From: Macrostomum hystrix
Taxonomy: Eukaryota; Animalia; Platyhelminthes
Direction of reading: 5' to 3'
Assembly: GCA_950097015.1 (NCBI GenBank)
Contig: CATNEN010000002.1
Location: 3,906,001 to 3,970,000 of the forward strand
Length of the DNA stretch: 64,000 nucleotides
Of this stretch, positions 35,801 to 49,200 are shown piece after piece. The position numbers and the translations under genes are program-made. Below the pieces are notes generated by a model. The model searched no databases and was not told the DNA's origin. It was given only the letters and a program-made list of their open reading frames with translations. Each line of letters opens with the position of its first letter. Position 1 is the stretch's first letter.

Positions 35801-36879
35801 ATATGGCTCAGATATTTTCTATTCTCACTAGCTATGTAATAATCTAGCTAGTCGATGACTTACATTGGGGCAGGTGGCTGCTAGCTATTGCTATATACAG
35901 ACCCGCTGTAATAGTAGAGAAGGAGAGAAAACAGGCGTAGACTGTTCCATGCCGTTTTCCATTTCTCCCTTTTATTTTCAAATCCGCGGTGATTCCATTT
36001 CCGCATATTCCATTCGGCATGCACTTTCCTCCCCTACACCTGAGAGCTGCATGGGCTGAGCTCACTCAAGGGGGGAATGAAGTGAACTACTCACTCATTT
36101 CCACCCTGACAGATACAGCTGGGGCCAGTACATTGTTGGGTGTGTGCTCACACAGGGCACTGCAGATTGCTACAGCGGGAGATTGCCCAGGTAAGGACAA
36201 TTCTCCCACCCCCAGCAACCCAAACTGCTAGTGCTGACCCCACCTCATCTCTACAGCTATCAGCGAGACTGTACTTCCGTCCTCTGTCCTCATTCCCCCA
36301 TTCCACGAGGGACACGTGGCTTCGTCGATTGGTCCGCGATTCAATGTTAACATTCTACACACCTGGGTAGCTATATAATAATTGGCTGCGATACCTTGAG
36401 CAGTCAGCAGTCAGAGACGCCCATCTTAGTCTGTTTCTCATCTCGGACTCGGGGACTTGCTCAATTTATATTGTTTGACCTACCTGGAAGCATCAAGCGT
36501 AGCTACCTGACATATATGCATATAAGCGACACCGTAATTCAGACAGGAAGTGTGGCTTAACTTTGACTTCATCGTATTCGAATATAGCTGGCCCTTCAGC
36601 AAGGCCTGAACAGAGCTCTAGAGAAATATTTGGCAAGGAAATCTTTCGCTTCCCTCTACTCTCGTTCGTTGCGTCGTCTATTTATTTCCTGTCCAATGCT
36701 GTAGGTGCACCTAAAGTTAGGAACTTGGACTAATAACTCAGTGAAACAAGGGACTATACAGCTAGCTAGCTATAGCTCGGTCAGGTAGAAGGTCTCGTCA
36801 TGTCTACAAGAATATTTGTCAGTTTTTATTGATCTTCGAGTTTTTAAACTGCACTGGGAAGGAGAAACTTGTTAAAACA

Positions 36880-36973
36880 ATGAGTTGGATTAGAACTGAC
36901 ACTGCTGGGGATGGAGAGAGAAGGATCGACAAGAGGAGGTCCGAGGTTGAGTCCAGGGCCATGCTGTACAGAG
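36880..36973 (+). CDS. Candidate alternative first coding exon B of the nesprin-like gene
   Basis: MSWIRTDTAGDGERRIDKRRSEVESRAMLYR then G|gtgagt, phase 1. Confidence 0.45.
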
Positions 36974-37059
36974 GTGAGTATTCAAGACGATTTACCTTGC
37001 AAATGATTCGACTTTGATTTCTTGTCTCTAACAGTTTAGGGATCTGGGAAAAATATCCT

Positions 37060-37390
37060 GGGATTCGGGATCCTAGGATATGGGATCCTAGGATATGTGA
37101 TCCTAGGATATGGGATCCTAGGATATGGGATCCTAGGATATGAGATCCTAGGATATGGGATCCTGGGATATGGGATCCTAGGATATGAGATCCTAGGATA
37201 TGGGATCCTAGGATATGGGATCCTAGGATATGGGATCCTAGGATATGGGATCCTAGGATATGTGATCCTAGGATATGGGATCCTAGGATATGGGATCCTA
37301 GGATATGGGATCCTTAGGATATGGGATCCTAGGATATGGGATCCTAGGATATGAGATCCTAGGATATGGGATCCTGGGATATGGGAACCT
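37060..37390 (+). repeat. 15-bp minisatellite, array 2 (same unit and orientation as array 1)
   Basis: gggatcctaggatat units. Confidence 0.92.
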
Positions 37391-38119
37391 TGGACCTAGT
37401 CTCAAATACCTAGGGATCAGGAGTCTGGGATGCTGGGAATTCGCGAATCTGTTAGTTTTCTGGGTATGGTGTGTAGCTAGAAATGGCTCTAGAAACTTTT
37501 ATTGAGCAGTCTTAGCTGCAACAAGTTGCGGACAGCAATAACACGGAAACTCATATCATTCCTCAGCTCATAAATTTCTGGCATAAACAAATTGCTGCTG
37601 TTTTTGAAGCTACAGGTTAAAAAACTTTTATTGCTAGCTAGATGACGCTGATACTGTAAAATAGGAAACCAATTATTTATAAATCTTTATTTCCTCTTCT
37701 GTTAGTTTTGTAGCAGCTCAGCATGGTTTAATATCTCTAAATTGGAAAACTTTTTTTGGAAAGTTTCGTTCATTAGGCGCACCCATTTTTTATGTCTTTG
37801 GAGCAGCTAGATTAGATTATGAACTGCGAAGTATTTTTTCGTAATCTTCAGGATGTAATCAAAGCTTTTACCAATCGCTGTTCTTTGCACTTTTACCGGA
37901 TGAGCTATCTTAATGAGTGAATCTCAGTCAGACAGGCCAATTATCATCAGTCAGACTGACACATGCATATTCGAGAAGCTAATTCCTTTGTCTGCTCACA
38001 AAGTAGGAAAAAATCAAGTTAGAGGTAAAGTCCCTCCCCAGTGATTGTACTGCTCATTGTCCTGACATAAGGCTGGCATTCAACTTATTGACTGAATTTA
38101 TACGTTGCTAGCATACTAT

Positions 38120-38640
38120 AGGACCTGAAGGTTAGGGTGGTGAGGGACCTGAAGGATAGGGTGTTGAAGTATCTGAAGATTAGGATATTAAAGGACCTGA
38201 AGGTTAGGGTGGTGAGAAACCTGAAGGATAGGGTGTTGAAGGATCTGAAGATTAGGATATTAAAGGATCTGAAGGATAGGGTGTTGAAGGATCTGAAGGT
38301 TAGGGTGGTGAGGGACCTGAAGGATAGGATGTTGAAGGATCTGAAGGATAGGGTGTTGAAGTATCTGAATATTAGGATATTAAAGGATCTGAAGGATAGG
38401 GTGTTGAAGGATCTGAAGGATAGGGTGGTGAGGGACCTGAAGGATAGGATGTTGAAGGATATGAAGGTTAGCATGTTGAAGGATATGAAGGTTAGGATGT
38501 TAAAGGACCTGAAGATTAGGATATTAAAGGATCTGAAGGATAGGGTGTTGAAGGATCTGAAGGATAAGATATTGTAGGACCTGAAGGTTAGGATATTGAA
38601 GGACCTGAAGGTTAGAATGTTGAAGGACCTGAAGGTTATG
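38120..38640. repeat. 24-bp minisatellite
   Basis: gaaggatctgaaggatagggtgtt units. Confidence 0.9.
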
Positions 38641-39644
38641 TTGGTGAAGAGCCAAAACGTTACGCTCTTGACCTGTATACAATGTAATCCTAGGCAGTAT
38701 TTAGCTACTGGCCAATGTCACTAACCTGACTTTGACAGCTCCATCACACTAGCACACTTATAGCTTTCCAAGTGTCAGGCAGCTAAGGCATCGGCCAATG
38801 TCACTTTTGTGGTACTTCAGTATCAGTCAATCAGCAATCCAGTCTCATTGTTTCACTATTATACGAGTATATGTGGTCAAACTAGCTACTTCAAAAATAG
38901 CTAGAATAGTTGGTAAAGAATAGTTTTGAACCCAGTATTTTAGTGCGCATAGACCCACACACGCATATTCATGCAGGCACTGCAATTTGGGACACAAGTT
39001 GGCAACTTAATTATGTACAGTCAGCCTCCGCCTTCCGCGTGACACAAGTTTCCACTTTATCCATCTGGGATAGCTACTCACCTGAGTAGGCTGGGGTGTT
39101 GTCAAAGAGAGAGAGAGACCGCGTTAGCTATGAGGTTTGAGCTTGTATTCCATTCATATTCCCAAATCCCAATATTGCTCCAAGCACTAGTGGAGCATTC
39201 TCAAACGATGGAAAACTAAATTAACAAAGTAAAAGACTATGATTTTGTGCACAGAACCTAGTCAATGTGGGAATTCTCGACGAAGTTTTTGTTTGAGTCG
39301 GTCTTGAGTCTTGTGTCGCTTCCTTCTATGGAATCATATTTTTAACAATAGCTGGCTAGATGACAAGCTATGACATGAATGAGTGACAATGCCTGTCCTA
39401 CTGTGAGTATATAAGTTTGAACGGCTTTACTTCGCACAGGTACATCCACATTGCGTGTCTATTCATTAGAGAATGCACTTTTAAGGTTCATGAGTAGCTA
39501 CTTGCCTGCCTACCTGTATTGAGCGAGCTAATGATAAAGTCCTTTATTATCATTGCGAACTTTTTATTCTGTCTGTCAAGTTGCGAGTAATGACCAATTT
39601 TTTTAAAACGACTGCGTAATCTAAAAGTTAAGTCATGGCCGAAC

Positions 39645-40015
39645 TACTGAGTTGGGTAATGACCAAACTACGGAGGTGGGTAATGACCTAACTACGGAGG
39701 TGGGTAATGACCAAACTACGGAGGTAGGTAATGACCTAACTACGGAGGTGGGTAGTGACCAAACTACGGAGGTGGGTAATGACCAAACTACGGAGGTGGG
39801 TAGTGACCAAACTACGGAGGTGGGTAATGACCAAACTACGGAGGTGGGTAGTGACCAAACTACGGAGGTGGGTAATGACCAAACTACGGAGGTGGGTAAT
39901 GACCTAACTACGGAGGTGGGTAATGACCAAACTACGGAGGTGGGTAATGACCAAACTTCGGAGGTGGGTAATGACCTAACTACGGAGGTGGGTAATGACC
40001 AACTACTGAGGTGGA
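39645..40015. repeat. 24-bp minisatellite
   Basis: gtgggtaatgaccaaactacggag units. Confidence 0.92.
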
Positions 40016-40624
40016 TAGGGACCAAATTTCTGAGGTGGTAACCCTTAAGTCTGACAAGAAGCCCAAAGTCTAAAAACAAAACGAAAAATACTTTTTGGCT
40101 CATAACATATAGCTAGTTTGTATTATACAATCTCGGCAAGTCAAAGCCATGCTCTCACTTATGCAAATGTGACTTTACTGGAAATTCCTTTAGTTTATGT
40201 GTCCTCAGGTGCGCGCAGAAAGAGAGCAAATAAACTATAGCCAACCACTTGCCAACTACCTCAGCCATGTTTTTATTTTTAACCTACCGCTATCGCCTCC
40301 ACTCTTCTCTGCCTCCATCCGTCCTAAGAGTCTCTCTAGTTGAGTTCTCAAGCTTCCATTCTGTGCTAAAAAAACAACCATGAAAGCTTGGCACCCTCTG
40401 CATTAATTGCATTGGTTCTCATGGTCAGGTGTAGTACAGAGTACAGGTGGGCCGCCAAGATTCTTGTTTACCCGCAGAAGATGCCGGCGGTGAGGCTTGC
40501 GTTGTGTGAAACGTGGGCGGAGGAACAATTTTTATCGGTCCCTCCTATTTAGAAATTTTCCTTCAGCTCATCAATTTTGGCTTGAACTTTCTTTGTGTGC
40601 TACTTATGAGTAGAGTAACGCGTT

Positions 40625-41310
40625 TCTATCGACGTCAAAAGCTTCTCAAATGACGTCAAACGCGTTTCAAACGACGTCAAACGCTTCTCTAACGACGTCA
40701 AACGCTTCTCTCTAACGGCGTCAAATACTTCTCAAACAACGTCAACCGCTTCTCAAATGACGTCAAACGTTTCTCAAACAACGTCAAACGCGTTTTAAAC
40801 GACGTCAAACGCTTCTCAAACAACGTCAAACGCTTCTCAAACGACATCAAACGCGTTTTAAACGACGTCAAACGCTTCTCAAACGACGTCAAACGCGTTT
40901 TAAACGACGTCAAACGCGTTTTAAACGGCGTCAAACGCTTCTCAAACGACGTCAAACGCGTTTTAAACGACGTCAAACGCTTCTCAAACGACGTCAAACG
41001 CTTCTCAAACAACGTCAAACGCGTTTTAAACGACGTCAAACACTTCTCAAACGACGTCTAACGCTTCTCTAAAGATATCAAACGCTTCTCCATCGGCGTC
41101 AAAAACTTCTCAAACAACGTCAACCGCTTCTCAAATGCGTTGTAAACGACGTCAAACGCTTCTCAAACGACGTCAAAAGCTTCTCAAACGACGTCAAAAG
41201 CTTCTCAAACGACGTCAAAAGCTTCTCAAACGACGTCAAAAGCTTCTCAAACGACGTTAAACGCTTCTCAAAAAACGTCAAACGCTTCTCTGACGACGCC
41301 AAATGCTTCT
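40625..41310. repeat. 21-bp CpG-rich minisatellite
   Basis: aaacgcttctcaaacgacgtc units with gacgtc and aaacgcgttt palindromes. Confidence 0.9.
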
Positions 41311-42008
41311 GAAAAGGGTTTGGGTGCCGATATATTCTTAAACTTTGTCCTCTGATTTTTTCCACCGTCTTTATGTTTTGCTATCCTTGTCTTTTGGGCT
41401 TGTCTTAGAGTTGAACAAAAAGTTGCTCTGAGAATAGATTAACAATTTAGGAGGCTAACGCTACTAAACACTCATTCTATTTTGCGGTTAAGGAATGTCA
41501 ATAAGCCCAGAAATATTGACTTAGTCTTACAACCCTCCTCTGCCACAATGACCCCCTCTTTCGCCCTCTCTCCCGTGTCTGTCATCGGCATGTCAATATC
41601 CACGACTTGACTTAAGTTGATCCAATTGGAATTAAGACATTTTCGTGCCTTTCAATTTACGTTTTCGTGTACAACTGCAGTGGATTGCTCCTAAATTCTT
41701 GTCTCAAAACTATGGCGGTGTGTGAGCAGTAAGTTGTGCATTATACCTGCACGCATATTTATTTGGCAGAGTTTTTTATGGGCGCATGTGCGATAAGATA
41801 TGCTCTAGCTATGTAGTCTATTGCTTTGCTTAGCTATAGTATTTACAAGCCAAGGTAATTATTTTGGTTATGGAAGTCATCATCGATTAAAATACCGGAC
41901 ATAGCGAATCGAACTCGAACACTAAAACAGCTGAGTCGATGATGCTCAGACTTGCCCTATAAAAATTGACTTTTAATTTCTTGAAAACAAGACATGCAGT
42001 GAGATGAG

Positions 42009-42069
42009 ATGCTGGACCTACTCGCAAAGAATGGCAGGTATTACTCTAGAGGACAGCCGATACCTGAGG
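42009..42069 (+). CDS. Candidate alternative first coding exon C of the nesprin-like gene
   Basis: MLDLLAKNGRYYSRGQPIPE then G|gtgagt, phase 1; short, could be chance. Confidence 0.3.
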
Positions 42070-43062
42070 GTGAGTTTTGCCAAGTAACTTTCTAGCAACG
42101 TTTCTACACAAACAAACAAAGTCAGCTCAGGACAATTGTACCTACAATGAGCAGAATTTTTGCTTAGAAACAGAGCATGGGATATTCATACCGAGTTATT
42201 TTCAGTTTCCTGAATGCATCAGCGCTTTTAGAAGGCCCGCGTCGATTTGATTCGCTTGAGAAAATTTTCAGGGTGTGATTCCTTAACTTTGTGCTTATAA
42301 TATTGATGTTAATTCTGCACCTCTGCACCTCGTTATACGCACAAGCCTAATGCTTGGCCTCCTAAAGACCTGTGCTTATTGAGGGACTATCTAACGGTGA
42401 CCTTAGTTTAGCATTCTTCTTATTGAATAAAGATTTAGCAACCTTAGTTAGTTTCGCTCGTAGCAATGTTCGGTTGAAAACGGAATAATATTGGTTCACT
42501 GATCCATTGCAGGAACATTGGGTACTTTGCTGCTGCGGGGACATTGTGTCTCTGCTGCTGGGGAGAACCATTTTATCTGCTAAGGTTGTTATCCACAAGG
42601 TTGTTATTTTAATTTATACCCAGAAGCCCTTTAATGGATTCTCGACTGACGCTTGAGAACCAGAGCTTACAGCTAGAGTACTTGCCTCGACATTACCGCA
42701 CATCTATAGATAAAATTATATTTTCACTAATTTGAGCACTGTACTTGGCATCGAAATGATTTTTACATACTCATGTCTGCCAGACCCCTCACTCTATTCT
42801 TCATTATAAGTGGACTGACGTTCTCAAAAAGAATGCCCCAATTTAAGCTTTTACTCTTTCTCCCATTCTCCCATCCCATTCTATCTTAGAGAAGGACTTG
42901 AATTATTCATGCGACCTACGGATAGAAATGGTGTTTCGTTTCCGATTAAGGAAATACTTTAAATAGGCGCAATATATAGAGGCAATATATACAGCTAGAG
43001 TAAACTTGCAGAACTTGTCGAGTCTCAATCCAACCTAAGAGGCACAAAAAACCTCTGGTCCA

Positions 43063-43675
43063 GTGGCCATGCAGAGCGGCTCGAAGCAGAATCATGAGCC
43101 AGCAACGAATCGAGGCAGCGCCGCTGCCGCCTCTGATAGTGACGTCAATAACACCGACAGCAATGCTGCCTTTCTTGCTTTCTACGAAATCAACGACCCG
43201 ACTTTAGCAGCCTCGGCTGACAATGAGCTGTCACTGCTGCCAATGAGCGAGCTGAATGACAGCCTAATTCTTCACAGAGCTCGCTGGCTGGAAGCCTTCA
43301 GTGTCGCGGAGGAAGCTGGCGACGAGTCAACAGATGGGGTAGCTGGGTCGGAACCGAGTCCTGGCCATCCTCCGAAGCTGGGCGCTCACCGGGTCAAGTA
43401 TAACCCAATCTACCAGTCCGAGGACATCCCCGACAGCTCTCTGTCGAATTCCATCGCGTCGGAAGGTCGAAAACTGAGTCGAGCCTCTTCTAGGAAGGAA
43501 GTGCACGACTCGACACCTGAGCAGGTGTTTGAGTCCAAGGCGATGGAGCTCAGGTATCGCCGGTCAGCAGCTATGGGCTGGCCATCATCCAGAGATGTAC
43601 TCAGCAGGGCCAGCATCCCCGAGGAGCCAGTGGACATCACCGATCTCATGGACGCTGCCATCGTTATCTATCGAT
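43063..43675 (+). CDS. Candidate alternative first coding exon D of the nesprin-like gene (about 204 aa, low complexity)
   Basis: GC-rich 212-codon ORF ending ..DLMDAAIVIYR then T|gtaagg, phase 1; start codon uncertain. Confidence 0.6.
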
Positions 43676-44657
43676 GTAAGGCACTGAGCAGAAAGCATTA
43701 AGTTCAGAAAATCTGACAGCCGCTTCGTGACAAAAAGAAAGTCCACATCGGATTGAGAGAATAGCCGTCTCTATTTCCACAATTCGTTGTTTATTTATCT
43801 AGCGCGGTTCTTACTCAAACTGAATATGAGCTCCGTTGCCACTTAGAGGACCCTCTTGACAGGTGGCGCTACGCCTGCTCGTGCCTTCTCCAGCCTCTCC
43901 TTTACCTGCTATTCTTTCTGTATCTCTGTAAACGATATCGCCTTCACGCCAACGAAAAGCATTGAAAGCAGCCGTGCTACCCTTCTGCCTTTCGACAAAA
44001 TAGGGCGAAACTGTTGTACAGTCTGACTGAGTAGAAATTCGCGTGCATTCGCGGCCAAGACACCTGTGTGTGTGTTTTGAGCGCCCCCTTTTCAGTTAGT
44101 CGTTCTTAATTTTATTGTCTTTCTTCTCATCACTGGTTTGAAATTATCTTGCAAAGAGAGAAAAGAATCGGAGGCTGTGTGAGCAGTAGGACTCAGTAGT
44201 CTTTCAGAGGCTGTACAGAGCAGGCGACAAGTTTCTTTCGGTTCTGTACGGGCAAGCCAGATTGTTTTTAAAAGCGGCGAGTCGTGTCACCCAGACTGTC
44301 TGTGCTTGCCCTTGTGGGCCGAGTTGAATTAATTGAGCACTGGATTATTTTAAACTAAAAAGGCAAAAAACTTATCCTTTACCAAGCGGATCTGCACAGA
44401 GAGAGGGCCTAACATCAGCCCTACCTGTTTGCCGACCTCATTCTCAATAGCTTACTAACATTATCTAGATAAGTATTAAGTTAGATTTACATATTTAGGA
44501 TATTTTCCCTTAGTCTGACCAAAAATGTCACAAAGCATGAATCGACGTCAAAGTTTCATGTCCAATGTGAAGAATCTCAGGGGTAAATACTTTCTCCTTG
44601 ATTTTCATGTTTACTTTGTATAGTTGAGTTGATAATCCTGCTTGTTTTTCAATATAT

Positions 44658-45238
44658 TAGGCTGCCATTATCTCTACTTCCGGTCCTTCAATTAGGCTGC
44701 CATTATCTCCACTTCCGGTCCTTCAATTAGGCTGCCATTATCTCCACTTCCGGTCCTTCAATTAGGCTGCCATTATCTCCACTTCCGGTCCTTTAATTTG
44801 GCTTGCTATTATCTCCACTTCCGGTCCTTCAATTTGGCTTGCTATTATCTCCACTTCCGGTCCTTCAATTTGGCTTGCCATTATCTTCACTTCCGGTCCT
44901 TCAATTTGGCTTGCCATTATCTCCACTTCCGGTCCTTTAATCTGGCTTTCTATTATCTCCACTTCCGGTCATTCAATTTGTCTTGCTATTATCTCCACTT
45001 CCGGTCCTTCAATTTGGCTTGCTATTATCTCCACTTCCGGTCCTTCAAATTGGCTTGCTATTATCTCCACTTCCGGTCCTTCAATTTGGCTTGCCATTAT
45101 CTCCACATCCGGTCCTTCAATTTGGCTTGCTATTATCTCCACTTCCGGTCCTTCAATTTGGCTTGCTATTATCTCCACTTCCGGTCCTTCAATTTGGCTT
45201 GCCATTATCTCCACTTCCGGTCCTTCAATTAGGCTGCC
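44658..45238. repeat. 36-bp minisatellite with an ETS-like cacttccggt in each unit
   Basis: ggcttgctattatctccacttccggtccttcaattt units. Confidence 0.92.
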
Positions 45239-46021
45239 ATAATATTACTTATAGTGCTTTTCACTCGTACCAGTCGATTATCCCTAAATTCTGTGATAAA
45301 CTCTCTGATATTGTCACATAAAAAATAAATTAATGCACAAGTGCACAAGTGTATTGAAAGTACTTAACAATTAAAAATAGCTTCCCAGTGACAGATTACC
45401 AACACTTTTGAATCTCTAACGTTATGTATAGCATTGGACATATACCTGTGGATTGAGGTCAGGCACTTATTCTGTGAATGTACCTTTGTACAGCAGTGAG
45501 TGCTTCTAGCTCGAAATTTTCTACCCTTAAATTTGCTTTTTTCTCCCCCGAGATGAACATCTATTGGGCATTTCATATAATCCCTGTAGCTTCTGCATCC
45601 TTCCCTTCTTCGGTGGAGGCTGCACACAGTTACGGCCGAGCGAAACTTTATTACGGCTATGGGGACGGGCAGGAGGTTAAGGGGGCCATTTTCGGGGTAA
45701 GAAATTGCACCTACCTATGCCTGTCTATATTGGAGGGAGAATTTCGGATCGCAACCCGGAACCTACTGCTCGCGCCAATTCGCATCATTAGACACCAGAA
45801 TCGGATCAGCTAACCTCTACTGACCCGGTAGAAAAATAAAAACTGATATTATCGCTTGAAAAAGAGCAATGTTCTTCAAGAACTAAGGACAAAGACCTAA
45901 CTCATTATTTTTGAGTCGCAAATCGCGATGAAACGAATTCGGAGGCGTCTGACTGCCTCCCTGCGAGCCTTCGACGCCCTGACCTCCTCCTCACCCTCCT
46001 CCGCTCACCTCCTCCGTCCAG

Positions 46022-46263
46022 ACGAACAGGAGCGCGTCCAGAAGAAGACCTTCACGAACTGGATCAACACCTACCTCATCCAGTGCCAGCCGCCATGCAA
46101 GATTACCGACCTGTTCCCCGAGGTCAAGGACGGCATCCGCCTGCTGCAGCTGCTGGAGGTGCTGTCCGGTCAGAAACTGCCGCACGAGTCGCGCAAGCCG
46201 ATGCAGCGGGTGCACTGTCTCAGCAATGTGCGCACGGCGCTCAGCTTCCTGGAGAGCAAGAAA
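46022..46263 (+). CDS. SYNE1: Nesprin-like exon, CH1 part 1
   Basis: gtccag|[23 protein letters not shown]|gtgagt. Confidence 0.92.
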
Positions 46264-49200
46264 GTGAGTTAGCTGCGCCCTTTCCACTCTGCCACTCGGG
46301 AACATCTTTTTCCCCCCTCCGTCTTCCTCCACTGTCTTTCTCCCACTGTCTATCTTCACCCACTGTCTATCTTCACCCACTGTCTATCTTCACCCTCTGC
46401 CTATCTTCACCCTCTGTCTATCTTCACCCTCTGCCTATCTTCACCCTGTCTTTCTCCCACTGTCTATCTTCACCCTCTGCCTATCTTCACCATCTGTCTA
46501 TCTTCACCCTCTGCCTATCTTCACCCTCTGTCTATCTTCACCCTCTGCCTATCTTCACCCTGTCTTTCTCCCACTGTCTATCTTCACCCTCTGTCTATCT
46601 TCACCCTCTGCCTATCTTCACCCTCTGTCTATCTTCACCCTCTGCCTATCTTCGCCCTGTCTTTCTCCCACTGTCTATCTACACCCTCTGTCTATCTTCA
46701 CCCTCTGTCTATCTACACCCTCTGTCTATCTTCACCCTCTGTCTATCTTCACCCTCTGTCTATCATCACCATCTGTCTATCTTTACCCTCTGTCTATCTT
46801 CACCCTCTGTCTATCTTTACCCTCTGCCTATCTTCACCCTCTGTCTATCTACACCCTCTGTCTATCTACACCCTCTGTCTATCTTCACCCTCTGTCTTTC
46901 TCCCACTCTGTCTTTCCCCCTTGTCTTTCTCCCTCTGAATCGTTCTACCCCTTCTTTTCTACCCTCTACGTCTCCTGACTGTTCCCCCTCTGTATTTCAA
47001 TTCCTTTCTTTCCAGTTCTATGCATTTTCCTTTCTTTCTTCCCCCTCTTTCTACCCCTCTGCGTCTGTCTTCCCTTTGCCTTTCTCCCCCTTTCTCTCCC
47101 CTGTGCCTTTCTCCGTTACCGTTTTTCTCCCCTCTATCTCCCCCTCTTTATCCCCTTGGTCTTTCCTCCCCTCCCCTAATTGTTGCCATTGTATATTTTC
47201 TCTCCTCACTGTCTGTTTCTCCACTCCAGTTCTTTCTCCCCGAATGCTTTCGTTGCATCTTGAGTTCATATATAATGAAGTCTCACTTGGCATTTTTACA
47301 TCAAATCTTTGCTGTCTATTTCAAAGTCTGAGCAAACAGCAGCCAGGAAAGCTTGCTTAATTAGAAATTTACTCAAACTGCTCTTCGCTTCGTATCAATT
47401 TTCACCTTCTCACTTCCGCCGTGCCTTCGAGTCGCGTTTGAGCACACCCAGGTGCGGGTGGACAAAACTCAAGCAGAGAGAAAAGCAGCTTTTAGTGTGC
47501 TTACTGTAACTAGTTGTCATTGACAACCCACAATGCCTCGCGGTGGCAGAGAGGGAGAGGAGAGAGTGGCCAAGAGAGAACAATCAAATTCTCGTAGCTC
47601 TGACCCTTTTTGAGTCGGGGGTTGGGCAGATCTGTTATTCTAAAAACTATCTCAATATTAAGTCTATAATTACTGTTTCAGCAGTAGCAGCAGGGGCTTA
47701 TTGTCTAGTTCTTTACCTGTCGCCATCGGCCACCAAATGGCTGTGGCTGCGAATTGCAAACAGCGCAGCTCGGATGAGGCACGGAAGATTTGAGACACTA
47801 GCGAGATAAGACACGGAAGAGATGAGACACTAGCGAGATAAGACACGGAAGAGATGAGACAGGGGAAAGATGAGACAGAGGAGAGATGAGACAGGTAAGA
47901 GATGAGACAGGGGAGAGATTAGACAGAGGAGAGATGAGACACGGGATAGATAAGACACGGTAGAGATTAGACACGGGAGAGATGAGACACGGGAGAGATA
48001 AGACACGGAAGAGATGAGACAGGGGAAAGATGAGACAGGTAAGAGATGAGACAGAGGAGAGATGAGACATGGAAGAGATGAGACAGGGGAAAGATGAGAC
48101 ACGGAAGAGATGAGACAGAGGAGAGATGAGACAGGTAAGAGATGAGACAGGTAAGAGATGAGACAGGGGAGAGATGAGACAGAGGAGAGATGAGACAGGT
48201 AAGAGATGAGACAGGGGAGAGATTAGACAGGAGAGATGAGACAGAGGAGAGATGAGACACGGGAGAGATTAGACACGGGAGAGATGAGACACGGTAGAAA
48301 TGAGAAAATAAATCGCTTAGAGATTAGAGAGGTGTTGGAAGGGTTTCTGCCAGTAATAAGGAGCATTGTCTGGGACGTTGTTAACCGACCACTGTTTTAG
48401 ATGACTATATTGTATTTTCTAAAATCTTTCAGTGTCTAGTTTCACCAGCATCTTTTAGGTCTTTGTTCTGATCCCGAGGGGAAATGCAAGTAGGCTAAAA
48501 TTCTGCAGCAGTCACGATGACTCACCAATTATTTCTGCCTGGTCCATGCCTTTGAAATGGCATTCGGCCATCGAATGGAATGCTTAGAATCGTTAGTTGC
48601 TGTGATTGTGGACTGCTTTGTCCCTCGATGCCGATGTTTCCATAGTATATTCTTGATTTTGAAACCAAAATGTAGTAAAACTAATTGTTTTAAAATCCAC
48701 CGCTAACCCACAGCAGGTGAGATTAGTTTGATAAAATTAGCAGAAAATTAAAACCAGTTCTTAAATATTATAAGGGCTTGGAGTTTTAACGACCAATTAA
48801 AGGCTTGGTCTTGCTAATTACTTCGCACCTGGTCGATGTGGGCTAATTAATTCGATAAGAAATAATAAGTAATAAAACCATTATCTTATTTGATAATTTG
48901 ATCATTCACACCTGTGCCACCACCGCAAACCTCGCCAGATCAAGCTGGTCAACATCAACCCGGCGGACATTGTGGACGGCAAACCGTCTATTGTGCTTGG
49001 CCTCATTTGGACAATCATTCTTTACTTTCAGGTAAAGTGCGAAATCTGCTTTGTAAAGTTTTTTTGTTTATTTTCGATGCAATAAATAAAATTAAATATT
49101 TCGACAATGACAGTTCGACCAGCCATTCATGGACATAAGCCAGTCGGTAATACAAGATGTTGGTCGCATTTTTTTATTATCCTCGAATAAACAACGTATG

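Noticed and set aside
46264-47360. 425-aa ORF overlapping the CH1 exon
   Set aside because: Out of frame with the CH domain and runs through a 17-bp repeat and CT tract.
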